A stretch of DNA of 64,000 nucleotides from the NCBI GenBank assembly GCA_000388065.2, contig KB932204.1; one strand, written 5' to 3'. This document shows positions 23,246-33,466 of the stretch, piece by piece; position 1 is the first letter of the stretch, and each line of letters starts with the position of its first letter. The notes under the pieces were generated by a model. That model was given only the letters and a program-made list of their open reading frames with translations, had not been told where the DNA came from and did not search any database. The position numbers and the translations under genes are program-made. The DNA comes from Fonticula alba ATCC 38817. Lineage: Eukaryota > Protista > Nucleariida.

Positions 23246-25963
23246 ACGGCGAATGGTCTGTCTCATACCCTCAAGAATGAAGCGAGCTCGCCTCGGTGGC
23301 CATGCTTTCGTTCGTCTGTGCCCCGGCAAGGGGGGGGNNNNNNNNNNNGGGGGGGGGGGGGGGGCTGGGGCCCCTCGGGCATGAGCTTGACCCGGCAAAA
23401 TGACCCAAAGGGGGGTGGGTCTCTGGCGAAATGGGATCTCCATGCGGGGAGCGAAGCATGTGTCCTCCCTATTCACAACGAGTGGACAGACCGCAGGGCA
23501 CCGGCATGGACGTCAGTCCCTGGGATCCGAGGATCGGAGCGAACTCTTTCGGTGCGCTTGTCGCCCTGAGGGCAAAGTATCGGTGCTGCTTGAGTCCATC
23601 CCATGTCGACTTGCTCGAGTCTTACCCCGGTTCCACGGCCTGCGTGTTTGGATTGCCTCTCATGTTGCCCTTCTGCCGCTGATGGAACTCGATTGACAGG
23701 GTGCCTGGCTGTCCGGTGCACTTCCTCAAGATGATGTTTATTGGGTAGGGCTGAAGCTGAGTGCACCGGGCCCATGGACATGTTCCAACCCAATCGATTG
23801 TCACGATGGGAAGCAACAATCCAGGCTTGGGACCTTGCGAAGGAGCGCCCAGGTCGGTGTGTCCGGTAGGCCCCTTACTTTCGGGGCCGAACGGGACACC
23901 GCCTGGATCCGACTGACTTGCGGGCGGGGAGGGGCTTCCTCTCGACGGGTCCCTTTCTCTTGAGCTCACCGAGGGCGATTCCAGCGAAAGGATGTCATCA
24001 AGCTGACATCTTGGGGTCCTCGTGGATGGAGAGTGCTGTGGCCTGGTAGGATGGTAAATGTACAGCCGATTGGACTGGCCCGTGGCCAAGTCGCTGTTTG
24101 ACGCCCTCCTCCCCCCCCTCCTCCCCCGTGCACTCCTACTGCCTGGCTCTGGAAGGGCATTCGGTGCCACATTTTCATGGTGGATATACTGGCGCTTGAT
24201 ATGGATGAGCACCCTCCTAAGAGGGGTGAGATGGGCGACAATCTCCCAAGGACCTTCGACCGCGACCAGACAATTGATGTCGGGGCAGTATGCCGGTGAA
24301 TAGACCAACAGGCGAAGGCATGTGGGTCGGGAAGAAAGCGCCGAACTTTGTTCTCGGCAGAGGATGGAGGGTATCAACGATCGTGGGTGGCACTATGGAC
24401 GCGGTTTCTAGGGATCCATGCCGCACGGTTGCCATGGGTGCCGGTGTTTGGCCGAGAGAGCGTCACTTCAAGCCCCTTCTTGCGACTAAGGACCTTTTTT
24501 GTCGAAGCCAGATCGACTGGAGGTCAAGCAACCGTTACCCAAAAGCGAGAGGGTACACAGGAGAAGATATCCGGGGGGGGGGGGGGGCTGGCGAGAAAAA
24601 AGAAAGCCCCTAGCACAGCCGGCCCTAGGGAGCTGGTGATCATGGCGCCTGGCAGAAATAGTCATCAGACCAGGAGCGAAGGGTGAATAGGGACGGTCGG
24701 GGCATTGGAAGGGGGCCATGCCGAGAGCTCAAGAGGACCAGAGTCCCAATGGCTAATGAATCGAGTGTCTTTCGGCGCGTGCCGGGATCTTAGGGGAAGG
24801 CCCGTTGGGCAAGCGCACGACAGGAGCCGGGACACGACAAGCTTCCTCAGATTGGGCCGTCTAACATGCCCTCAAGCACGGCCGAATGATCGAGTGTTCG
24901 CGATTATCAGTGTGTCTGACTTTTGTTCCTCGGGTTTGTGCGTGTACAATATTATCTCTCTCTCTCTCTCTCTCTCTCCCTCGCTCCCTTTCTGTGTGTG
25001 GGTGGGTGAATGTGCCATGCGTGTGGATCCCAGATGAGGATCAAGGTGCCGACCTGGATCATTTATTCCGGCCATGGCGACTCATTCTCGAGTCCCAGAA
25101 GAAGAGGAGAGCTGACGCGAGAAGGCCGCTTGAAGGGGGGGGGAGAGAGATATCCTGGCAATATTGGGTGCCTTGCGCCACGGGTGGGATGGCCTCCCCA
25201 GCCCGAGCCACATATCTGCCAGGTGATAGCCTCCCTCCTCCAAGTCGATCGAGGTGGAGGCCTCTCAGGCCCGACAGCCCCCCAGGCCTCGTGGCGGAGG
25301 GTGCCCACCGGCTCGAGGCAAGTCCCAACAAGCAGACACCAGGACGCCACCGGCCGGGATGCCAACGTGAAGTTGGGATAGGGCTGGAGAGGGCTCCATT
25401 AGCGCTCCTTCTGATAAAGCAGCATAAATGGCCATGGCGATCCTTTTCCCAGCAGCCCCGCGACCGGTCGCTCGGGCGTCCATCTGCGCCTCAGCGAGGG
25501 AGGTGTTTCTTGCCCGAAATGAGGCGGTCGCCCGTGGTCACAAAGGACGGTGCCCGGGGGAACCATCTGTCGCTTGCCCTATTCAGTCTCGCCACCTGCC
25601 CCTCTCGGTGAGCCAGATGTTTGTCTATTCTTGACTTGTGCGTATGTGTTACTGTGTTCATTTTTATCAGACGCATGGGAGCCGGACTTATCTGTTAGAC
25701 CCGGATGCAGGTGCCTTTCTGGTGCGATGGATCTATACAATCACTGAATGCCGCCCGCCTCGAGGTGGGTGTTGGCGTGTGATGGGAAAAATAAAAAAAA
25801 ATAGAAAACAAACATCTTTATAAGCGCCATGCCTGCCAGGGTCCGCTTTGTGGGGTGAAGCACCATTTCTCGGCTCACCATTCCATGCTCGTTCTCCTCA
25901 TCCTGTCTCCCTTTGGTGAACACCTGTATCCTCCTCTCTCCTTGCCCTCACAGGCCATCATCA

Positions 25964-27649
25964 ATGGACAGCTCAGATTCGGCCCCCCTGCTGCCACCGG
26001 CTCATGATCAGCCGGCCGGCATGTCGTCCTCCTCATCCACCTCGTCATTGCTGTCGACGGCGGCGGCGCCGCCCGCCTACCAGCCAGTACCGGCGCCTGC
26101 CTTCAGCTCGGCCGGGGGATCGAATACGGCTCCCGGCGCCGATAAAGCCGGCCTTGCCTCTGCCACAAATGACCCCAACTACCCCCCTCCAAGCTCTACC
26201 TCCGGCTATCCGCCTGCAACCTTCGGGGGCTATCCTCCCGCCCCGTCTGGCAGCCATAACCTACCCAGCTATGGGTCGACTCAGGGCTCCTCAAGCGGAG
26301 GACTGCCCTATCCCCCGGCCGGTGGGTCCCAGTATCCCCCGGCCGGCGGCCCACAATACCCCCCGGCCGGCGGCCCACAATACCCCCCGGCCGGCGGGCC
26401 GCAGTATCCCCCGGCCGGCGGGCCGCAGTATCCCCCGGCTGGTGGTCCACAATACCCCCCGGCCGGAGGTCCCGAGCAACCTTCGACGATTGTCGTAACC
26501 GATCCTGCTATGTTTGGTGTCGAATATTCCACCAAGCTGAACCGTCATATTTGGGTGCCCGAGAAGGTCCCTCACTTGAATCTGTCCTCCTATCTTCCCT
26601 ACTTCCAGGATGTTCGTTCCCCGCTGGCTATTCCCTCCCTTCACTTTCGGCAGCTACCCCCCCCCCCTCCCCTGCACACGCACACATCCGCCCAGTGACC
26701 TTTGCCCCTTCACTTGAGCACGATTCCATCCTGTTATCCTAACCTCCCTTCCGCTCCGCCCATGCGCACGTAGCCGATCCCGGTGCCGGCCGCCATGGGC
26801 CCAGTTCGTAGGTATGCCACTATCTACGTACGTGGACTCAGACCATATGTCCTTTCTCTTTGCGAGCCCTGTCCTGATACTTCGCCAGGGGGCTGACCCC
26901 GACCCCGGCTCCCCCCCCCCCCTCTTCCCTCCTTTTCTCGATGTATCCTCCCTTCTAGATCACCATTTCCCTGATCACTGGGTCAGTTATTTTGGTCCTT
27001 GGACTTAGTGCGTCAAGCGGACCCCTCCGCGCTCCCGAATTGCCTCGCTCGCCTGAGTGGGCTCTTTGTCAAGGCCCCAAACCAATGTCTGACACGGATT
27101 CTCCTCCCCCCCCTCCCCCTTTCTGTGCCCGTCTTCGTGTGAACGCGTCCTCTATCAGTCCAAGACCCGATCGGCCTTGAGGCCGTCATTTTCGGCTCTT
27201 GTTCCCTCTTTATTTGTCTGATTTTGGCTCTTGTACGTCCGGACCTCTTTTTTCGTCGCCTGGCGGGAGGCCTTTCTTTTCGTGTGTACCCTGTAGTGTA
27301 TGTTCCCCCGGAGGCCCGTCTCTGACCGTCTTCCTTACCTTCCCTTCCTTTCGGGGTGCGCCCTCTCCGACAGGTGTTCTTCATGAAGAAGCGCAAGGCC
27401 GAGGCTCTGCTCAGGGAGCAGGTGTCTTTCCAGGCGCAGGCATTGGAGTTTATCTCCTCCGGCCGGCCGCCACCGATCCCCAGGGTGGCGGTGTGCAAGT
27501 ATTGCCAGCCGATGAAGGTGAATCGCCACTCTTCGATCGCGATCTGCAGCAAGCCGCTCCACATGCTGGTTCCTCCGTATCTGGCGTGTGTTGACAACCT
27601 GGGCCCGATTTACAACTGCCTTGTGATGGACCTTCTGCGGAAGCTGTGA
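25964..27649 (+). CDS. Pro/Tyr/Gly-rich 2-TM CxxC protein, paralogue 3 (exons 25964-26611, 26774-26827, 26959-27007, 27159-27232, 27374-27649)
   Basis: PPAY, 7x YPPAGGxQ/E repeat, SYLPYFQ, two TM segments, VCKYC...CSKPLHMLVPPYLAC. The 49-nt and 74-nt exons are the same length as in paralogues 1 and 2. Confidence 0.85.
26309..26476 (+). repeat. Coding tandem repeat, 7 x 24 nt (YPPAGG[PS][QE])
   Basis: Unit tat/tac-ccc-ccg-gcc-ggc-ggc-cca-caa with mostly synonymous variation. Confidence 0.9.
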
Positions 27650-30600
27650 TGGGGCTGTCTGGCGACAAGGCCTCCCCACCGAGCCGCTTCAAGTGGAAGT
27701 GTCTTTGTGGGGATGCTTGACCCGAGTCGGCGCCCAAGTCCGCGGCGAGGGGCGTCCCAGGCAAGGGAGAAGGAAATAGCATGGTCTCATTGCTGGAATG
27801 CCAGCCTGGCCTCCCCCCAGGAGACATGTCCCCTTTTAGCGGGTTCCCCCAAGGCCATGCCCGTTGGCCACTATGAATGAACACCTGTTTTCCTCCTCTT
27901 TTTCTTTCCCCTTCATCGCTTTGCCTCGATGCATCATCCCGTCCGACGACCTGGCCCCGGCCCGGTGTCGGATCAAAGGCGACCTCCCCCCCCCCCCCCC
28001 CCCGTGCAAGTGGTCTTGGTAGGGATGATGCCAAGCACTCTGCAGGTGCGTGGTTTCCATGATGGCTGCGATGGCGATGGGCGGACTGATCCCCCTGCCT
28101 CGGCCCCTCCCCTCGCCCTTTGTGAGGGGTTGCTTGTAAATGGACCGCGCGCCTCTTCAGCCAAACCCCGGGTGTGAGGCTCCCCGAGTGAGCCTGCTGT
28201 TCTTCTCCCAATTCTGCGTAAAATAAATCCCCCCTTTGTGCTCCTGGTGCTGTACTCCCCCGCTCCTCATTTCGCTCGGCCGGGTCGGCTTGCATCGGAA
28301 GAACTCTCCTTGACATGAGCAAAAGGGACGGTTTGTGGAAGGTGATCGGGGCACTTGAAATTCCCCCTCCGCCCCTCCATCTCTCGCTCTCGCTCGGACC
28401 CGGGGAATATGGCGGGATCGGAAAGGAGCACCGACAGGCTGCCGGCCCTTTTCCCTCGGCTCCGCCTCCCTGAGAGCAGCACCCGAGGGTACGATGATGC
28501 GGCCTGGATGGCCCTCCCGGCGATGGGAAGCAGCTTGGGGCAGGGTGTCTTGACGCCTTGTCGCAGCAAGATGTGAGGGAAACAGGCTTGTGCCTTGCCT
28601 TTCGCCCCTTGAATCGCCACCTTTCCCAAGCAGCCACCGTCTGAGCTCCCATGGCCTCAAATGCCAGGTCTTGCCTTTCGACGGGGTGGTTTTGGCCAAC
28701 AGCCCAGTTCATGGGTGAGGGCGAGGGAGGATTATCTGGCTCCCCGGAGGGCTCGTTCACCCACAACTGGAGCCAGAGTGTGTCACATGACAGACATGCG
28801 CTCTTTCGGTTAATATAGTTAATTTGTCTCCATCGCGGGCCGGGAAGGAGGGAGAACCGCCGCTGGAGCCGCGGGCGCGACCGGGGGCCATTTTGTCATC
28901 CGGCGCATGCTGCGGGATGCTTCGGGCAGCTTGAGCAGAGGCGCTGCAGTGACTCAGGCGACCTTGTCCAGAGGCGCGCGGTTTGGGTCCGCTCTCCACC
29001 GACACCCGACCGAGGTGACGGCGGGATCCGGACCTGGCAGGAGCTCGAGCGTGGCAAGACAGGCCTCCCTGGCCCTTTTCCTCTCGCGCTCCTGTCACCC
29101 TCTGTGTTGGCGACACGGCCAGTAACTGAGGGGCAAGCCGTGGCCTGGCGAGCGGGGTCAGTTTCGGCAGGGACAGGCCTGGCCAGCAGCCCACACCCGG
29201 AGGTCTGAGGGGGAGAGGAAAAGGAGGGAAGGAAGAGGGGGAGCTGGCCGGCAGATGCTTGGCTGTCCCCCCCCCCCCTCGTCCCTCCCCCCGACCTAAA
29301 CGGGATCCTCTCTTGCTCGCGGGCTTGCAAGGTCATTTGGAGTTGTTTTGGCCGGTCAGATGTGACCTGGAAGAGGTCCGCCGCGGCACCGAACACAAGC
29401 GCGCGCGCGCGCGCGCGCAAACACACACACATGCTCAAGATAGAGCTGCGTGGGTGCATTGGGTTGATGGGGGACCGGAAAGGGTCAGGTGGGTCTTCCC
29501 AGCTATCGCAAAACTAGAGTCACCAGCCTCCAGGCAAGGGGTATTCAAGTGAGGGGGGGGGGTGCCTGGATGCGAGATGGCCAAGTATTGGTGTGCTCTG
29601 GTGCGGGCAAGAAGCCGGCGTCTTGCTGGGATTTGGATATCCGCAGCCCACGGCGGGAAAGGACAAACATGACCCGATCTGTGCGCTCGTCCAATCCGGC
29701 CGAGCCAAGGCCTCCCCACGGGGGGCGATATGTGGGCATGCTCCCGGAGAGGATGGAAGCAATGAATGGCCGACGAGAGCAAGGATTCTTGGGCCTAGCC
29801 ACGGGCGCTTCGGAGGGCCATCCAACTTGGGGGGTAATGCCTTGTCAAGGAGGCACGCCTCACACGCGATGACTGGAAAGGATAGATGGCCCTACAAGAA
29901 TGGCCAATGACGCCGGTGTGCCCGGAAGGAGGAGGCAGCTTTCGGGCATCTGCGCGTTTTTTTTTCAGCCGAGAGTTGGAACAAGGAAGAGAAATTGGAA
30001 GCAGGGCCCGGCCTTGGCCTGAGCCGGGCCAAGGAGGCGGCATGGACAGGTTCGACGGATGGATGAGATGCCACGATGGAGGGCGACGGGGTCGGGCTCC
30101 GATCGAAGGTGGCACCACATTCCGGGCGAGCAGGGAACGCTCCTTTAAAGGAGACTGGCTTGGGTAATGGGGGCCATTGACCGTGGGCAGACATGAAACT
30201 GGCCTCGTTCTCGGGGGCAGCCCGCCACCTGTGCTCCGTCAATAGGTTGGCTGGAGAGATTGCCGCGCGGAAGGGATGCTCAGCATGTCGCGCGACCGGC
30301 GGCGGCGGCGGCGGCGGTGTCTCTGGCCTGGGAAAAGGGCTGGCAGCCACATGGGGGACTTTCGCATGCCTGGTGCCACTTCTCCCGGGGCGTGGTAGTG
30401 ATGCCCTGCTCGCGATGTGGACAAGCCAGTCCTAGTGCCTAGGTGCGCTTGGCCATGCGGACATTCTCGAGAGGAGCGGCAGACCTGCAGCCTGACATGT
30501 CTTTTGTCGTCAATGGCGCGGTGGCCTAAAGTCGACTCCGGGCGAGCATTCGAGGCGGCGAGATTGCGTCGGTGGTGTGGGGCCCTGCTGGATGCCAAAG

Positions 30601-31411
30601 CCGAAACCCCCGAGAGTGGCCGATCCCTGAAGCTCTACTTTCGGCCTGTTGAGAACGCCATGTGGGGCGGAAAGCACACAGTCCGCCGGGTTTTTTTTTT
30701 TTTTTCGAATCTCTTCATGTTGTCGAAATCGTCTCTGCGAGATTGTATCACGGCAGGGGGCAGGGGGGTCTGCCGAGCTGTCGAGCCTTCAGGCCATCCT
30801 GGATACATGTGGGCATGTGCGTATGTATTTGTCGATGTAAGGACGTCCGGAGGGATGTGCCGATGAGAATGGGGATGACCTGTATGTCGCAGCACAGGAG
30901 CGTGTCCTTGTTCACTTCATTAAACGGCCCCCCGGCACCCATTGCCCGGACTCCGCTCGCAAAACAATCGCATGGCCCCACCGGTGAATGTCTCTCACAC
31001 ATGAACGTGCATGAGGGCCAACCGATGCCCCGGGGGCGGCAGGCCGCCCCACTGGAGGACACGGGCGTCAAAGAAGTGTCTCCCCCCTGAAGCGATGATA
31101 AACAAGCGAAAGGAAAAGACCCACAGAAAGAAGGCGGAGAAGCAGGCAGGTGGGAAGGCTCTGGAGTAATGAGGGGCAACCACCTCCGGGTGGGGAGAAG
31201 ATGTATGTCGCTGAAAGCAAGAGGAGTGTCGAATTTGCACAAGAGGGCGAGGCGAGCCGCACATTCGGAAAGATTGTGCACATTCGTCTCGCATGGGATG
31301 GGTTCTCGGGATGAAGGAGAGAGGGGGCGGGGGGGGGGNNNNNNNNNNNNNNNNNNNNNNNNNNNNNNNNNNNNNNNNNNNNNNNNNNNNNNNNNGGGGG
31401 GGGGGGGGGGC

Positions 31412-32599
31412 TTAGGCGAAGGGAGAGAAGAGCAGACGGTTGGGGGACCCCTTGACATCGGTGACAACATTCTTGGTGGACTGGTTGATGAGGTTGTTCT
31501 TGACGGTGGCCGGGCTCAGGGCGCCAGACTGGCCGAGCATGAGGGCAGCCACACCGGCCACATGGGGGGTGGCCATGGAGGTACCGGAGAGGGTGGCGAT
31601 GGCGGTGTTGGAGCCGATCCAGGTGGAGGTGATGGACACACCGGGGGCGAAGATGTCGGTGCAGGAGCCGAAGTTGGAGAAGGAGGCGCGCTTGTCCGAG
31701 GCGTCGGAGGCGCACACGGTGACCGCCGGGCCGACGCGGGCCGGGGAGGCCTTGCAGGCGTCGCGGTTCTCATTGCCGGCAGCGGCAATGACCGACACAC
31801 CGGCATTGATGGCGGCGACGACAGCATCATCCAGCGACCGGTAGGCATCGCTGCCGAGGGACATGGAGGCGATGGTCTTCTTGCGGAAGGCCTGCTTGTG
31901 GCGCTCGGCCACCCAGGCCACACCGGCCACCACATTGGACATGTTGCCGGAGCCGGAGCTGCCCAGCACACGGACACTGATGAGAGCGGCATTCTTGGCC
32001 ACGCCCCAGGTGTAGCTGCCGATGGTGCCGGCGCAATGGGTACCATGGCCGTTGTCGTCATTGGCGTTGTTGTTGTTGTCGTGGAAGTTGTAGCCGTGGG
32101 AGGCGTGGCCGCCGAAGTCGATGTGCGAGTGGTTGATGCCGGTGTCGATGACGTAGACGTTGACGCCGGAGCCGCCGTGGTTGTAGTAGCTGTAGCGGAA
32201 GTCCCGGGGCAGGGCGCGCTGGTCAATGCGGTCCAGGCCCCAGGTGGGGTTCTCCTGGGTGACGGCGTCGATGCGGGCAATCTGGTCGGCCTCGATGTAG
32301 TCCACCAGGTCGGAGCGGGCGCGGATGCGGTTCAGCAGGTCCTCGGGAATGTCGCCGGAGACGGCCTTGAACTCGCGGCCGATGTTGACGAAGCGCCGGC
32401 CGCCGATGTTGAGGGAGTCCGAGAAGACGCGAGCCTCGGCCACGGAGATGTCCGGGCGGAAGACGACAATGTACTTCCCGGGGATGATCTCGGCCTCGTG
32501 GTTCTGGATCAGGGGAACGCGGAGCTGCTCGTGGTGCACATTGGCGGAGGCGGCCGCCGCAAAGAGGGCCAGGGTGAGGAGGGCGTAAAGGGCCTTCAT
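31412..32599 (-). CDS. Secreted subtilisin-like serine protease, S8A proteinase K/cerevisin subfamily, with signal peptide and I9 prodomain; intronless
   Basis: MKALYALLTLALFAAAASA signal peptide; prodomain IPGKYIVVF...YIEADQ; catalytic Asp (VIDTG), His (NGHGTHCAG) and Ser (GTSMATPHVAG); oxyanion AAGN. Confidence 0.95.
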   Translation of the reverse strand: MKALYALLTLALFAAAASANVHHEQLRVPLIQNHEAEIIPGKYIVVFRPDISVAEARVFSDSLNIGGRRFVNIGREFKAVSGDIPEDLLNRIRARSDLVDYIEADQIARIDAVTQENPTWGLDRIDQRALPRDFRYSYYNHGGSGVNVYVIDTGINHSHIDFGGHASHGYNFHDNNNNANDDNGHGTHCAGTIGSYTWGVAKNAALISVRVLGSSGSGNMSNVVAGVAWVAERHKQAFRKKTIASMSLGSDAYRSLDDAVVAAINAGVSVIAAAGNENRDACKASPARVGPAVTVCASDASDKRASFSNFGSCTDIFAPGVSITSTWIGSNTAIATLSGTSMATPHVAGVAALMLGQSGALSPATVKNNLINQSTKNVVTDVKGSPNRLLFSPFA

Positions 32600-33312
32600 G
32601 AGGACGGAGAGGGGGGGGGGNNNNNNNNNNNNNNNNNNNNNNNNNNNNNNNNNNNNNNNNNNNNNNNNNNNNNNNNNNNNNNNNNNNNNNNNNNNNNNNN
32701 NNNNNNNGGGGGCGGCTGGTCGGGTTGGGTGGCCCCTTTTTCCGGCGTGCAGCCTGGCGAAAAGTCCTGCGGCCTGGCAAGGGGCCGCAAGTGTGTCTAT
32801 CTGTCTGTGTTTCTGTCTGTATTTCTGTCGGTGTCTGTGTCTGTGTCCCCGGCACTCGCGCGCAGGCGGGAACTCAGGCGTGCGAGCGCCCGTGTACGGG
32901 CGTGGGCCGGCCCGCCCCCAGGAGAACGCCCGGGCCCGGGTCAGATGCCCACCCCGGCCATGAGGCCAACAGGGCACCCCCACCCCGACGGGGCCCAGGC
33001 TCTGGGTGTCTGAGCCACCCTGGCCGTCCGGCGCACCCGGCGTCGCTCACGCCCTCGGGCCTTCCGGGGACCCGACCCATCTAGCGTGGAGAGGGGGGCG
33101 GGGGTCATAGCGGCCGAGACTTCCAAGCATGGCTCGCAATACACGCCAGGAATGGCCGCCGGGGAGGGGGCCCTCGGCCGGACCGCGCGAGAACGCGCGT
33201 GGGAGAGGGGGCCAGGCAGACGCATTCCGCCGTTGTCCGTTCTCGCGCCATGCCTCCGGGCTCGGCGGCCATGCGCCGGTCGAAAAGAGAGCAGCCTCAC
33301 TCGACGGCCCTT

Positions 33313-33330
33313 GGTATAAATAAAATAATA
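33313..33330 (-). promoter_or_regulatory. AT-rich island with a TATTTATA (TATA-like) element upstream of the subtilisin gene
   Basis: Isolated AT run (plus strand ggtataaataaaataata) in otherwise very GC-rich DNA, about 720 bp 5' of the protease ATG. The TSS is unknown. Confidence 0.3.
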
Positions 33331-33430
33331 ACACCCGCCGGCCTCGAGCGCATGCAGCCGCCGCCGGTCACCGGAGGGAGGCCACCGATGGCCCCGACAC
33401 TTTCCGGGGCACGCCCTGGCCTGCGGGACC

Positions 33431-33466
33431 GCCCCGGGTGGCTGGCCGCGGCCAGCCACCCGGGGC
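33431..33466. repeat. Perfect 36-bp palindrome GCCCCGGGTGGCTGGCCG|CGGCCAGCCACCCGGGGC
   Basis: Checked base by base: all 18 pairs are complementary, with no spacer. Confidence 0.95.

Noticed and set aside
23622-24377. 251-aa minus-strand ORF upstream of tRNA-Pro as a TE gene
   Set aside because: No domain, terminal repeats or similarity to the tRNA-Asp-adjacent ORF could be seen.
26309-26476. Regularly spaced 24-nt repeats as a CRISPR-like array
   Set aside because: No unique spacers; it is an in-frame coding peptide repeat in a eukaryotic gene.
28410-28435. GGAAAGGAGCA resembling SRP RNA helix 8
   Set aside because: The CAGG half of the symmetric loop and the stem pairing are missing.
30520-30706. 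Hairpins ending in a T-run, with partial A/B-box-like and U3-like (TTCAGGGATC on the minus strand) words, as a Pol III ncRNA
   Set aside because: The matches are short and imperfect, expected by chance in GC-rich DNA, and no complete ncRNA signature is present.
31169-33013. 614-aa plus-strand ORF
   Set aside because: Antisense shadow of the GC3-biased subtilisin gene; it spans N-gaps and has no motif.
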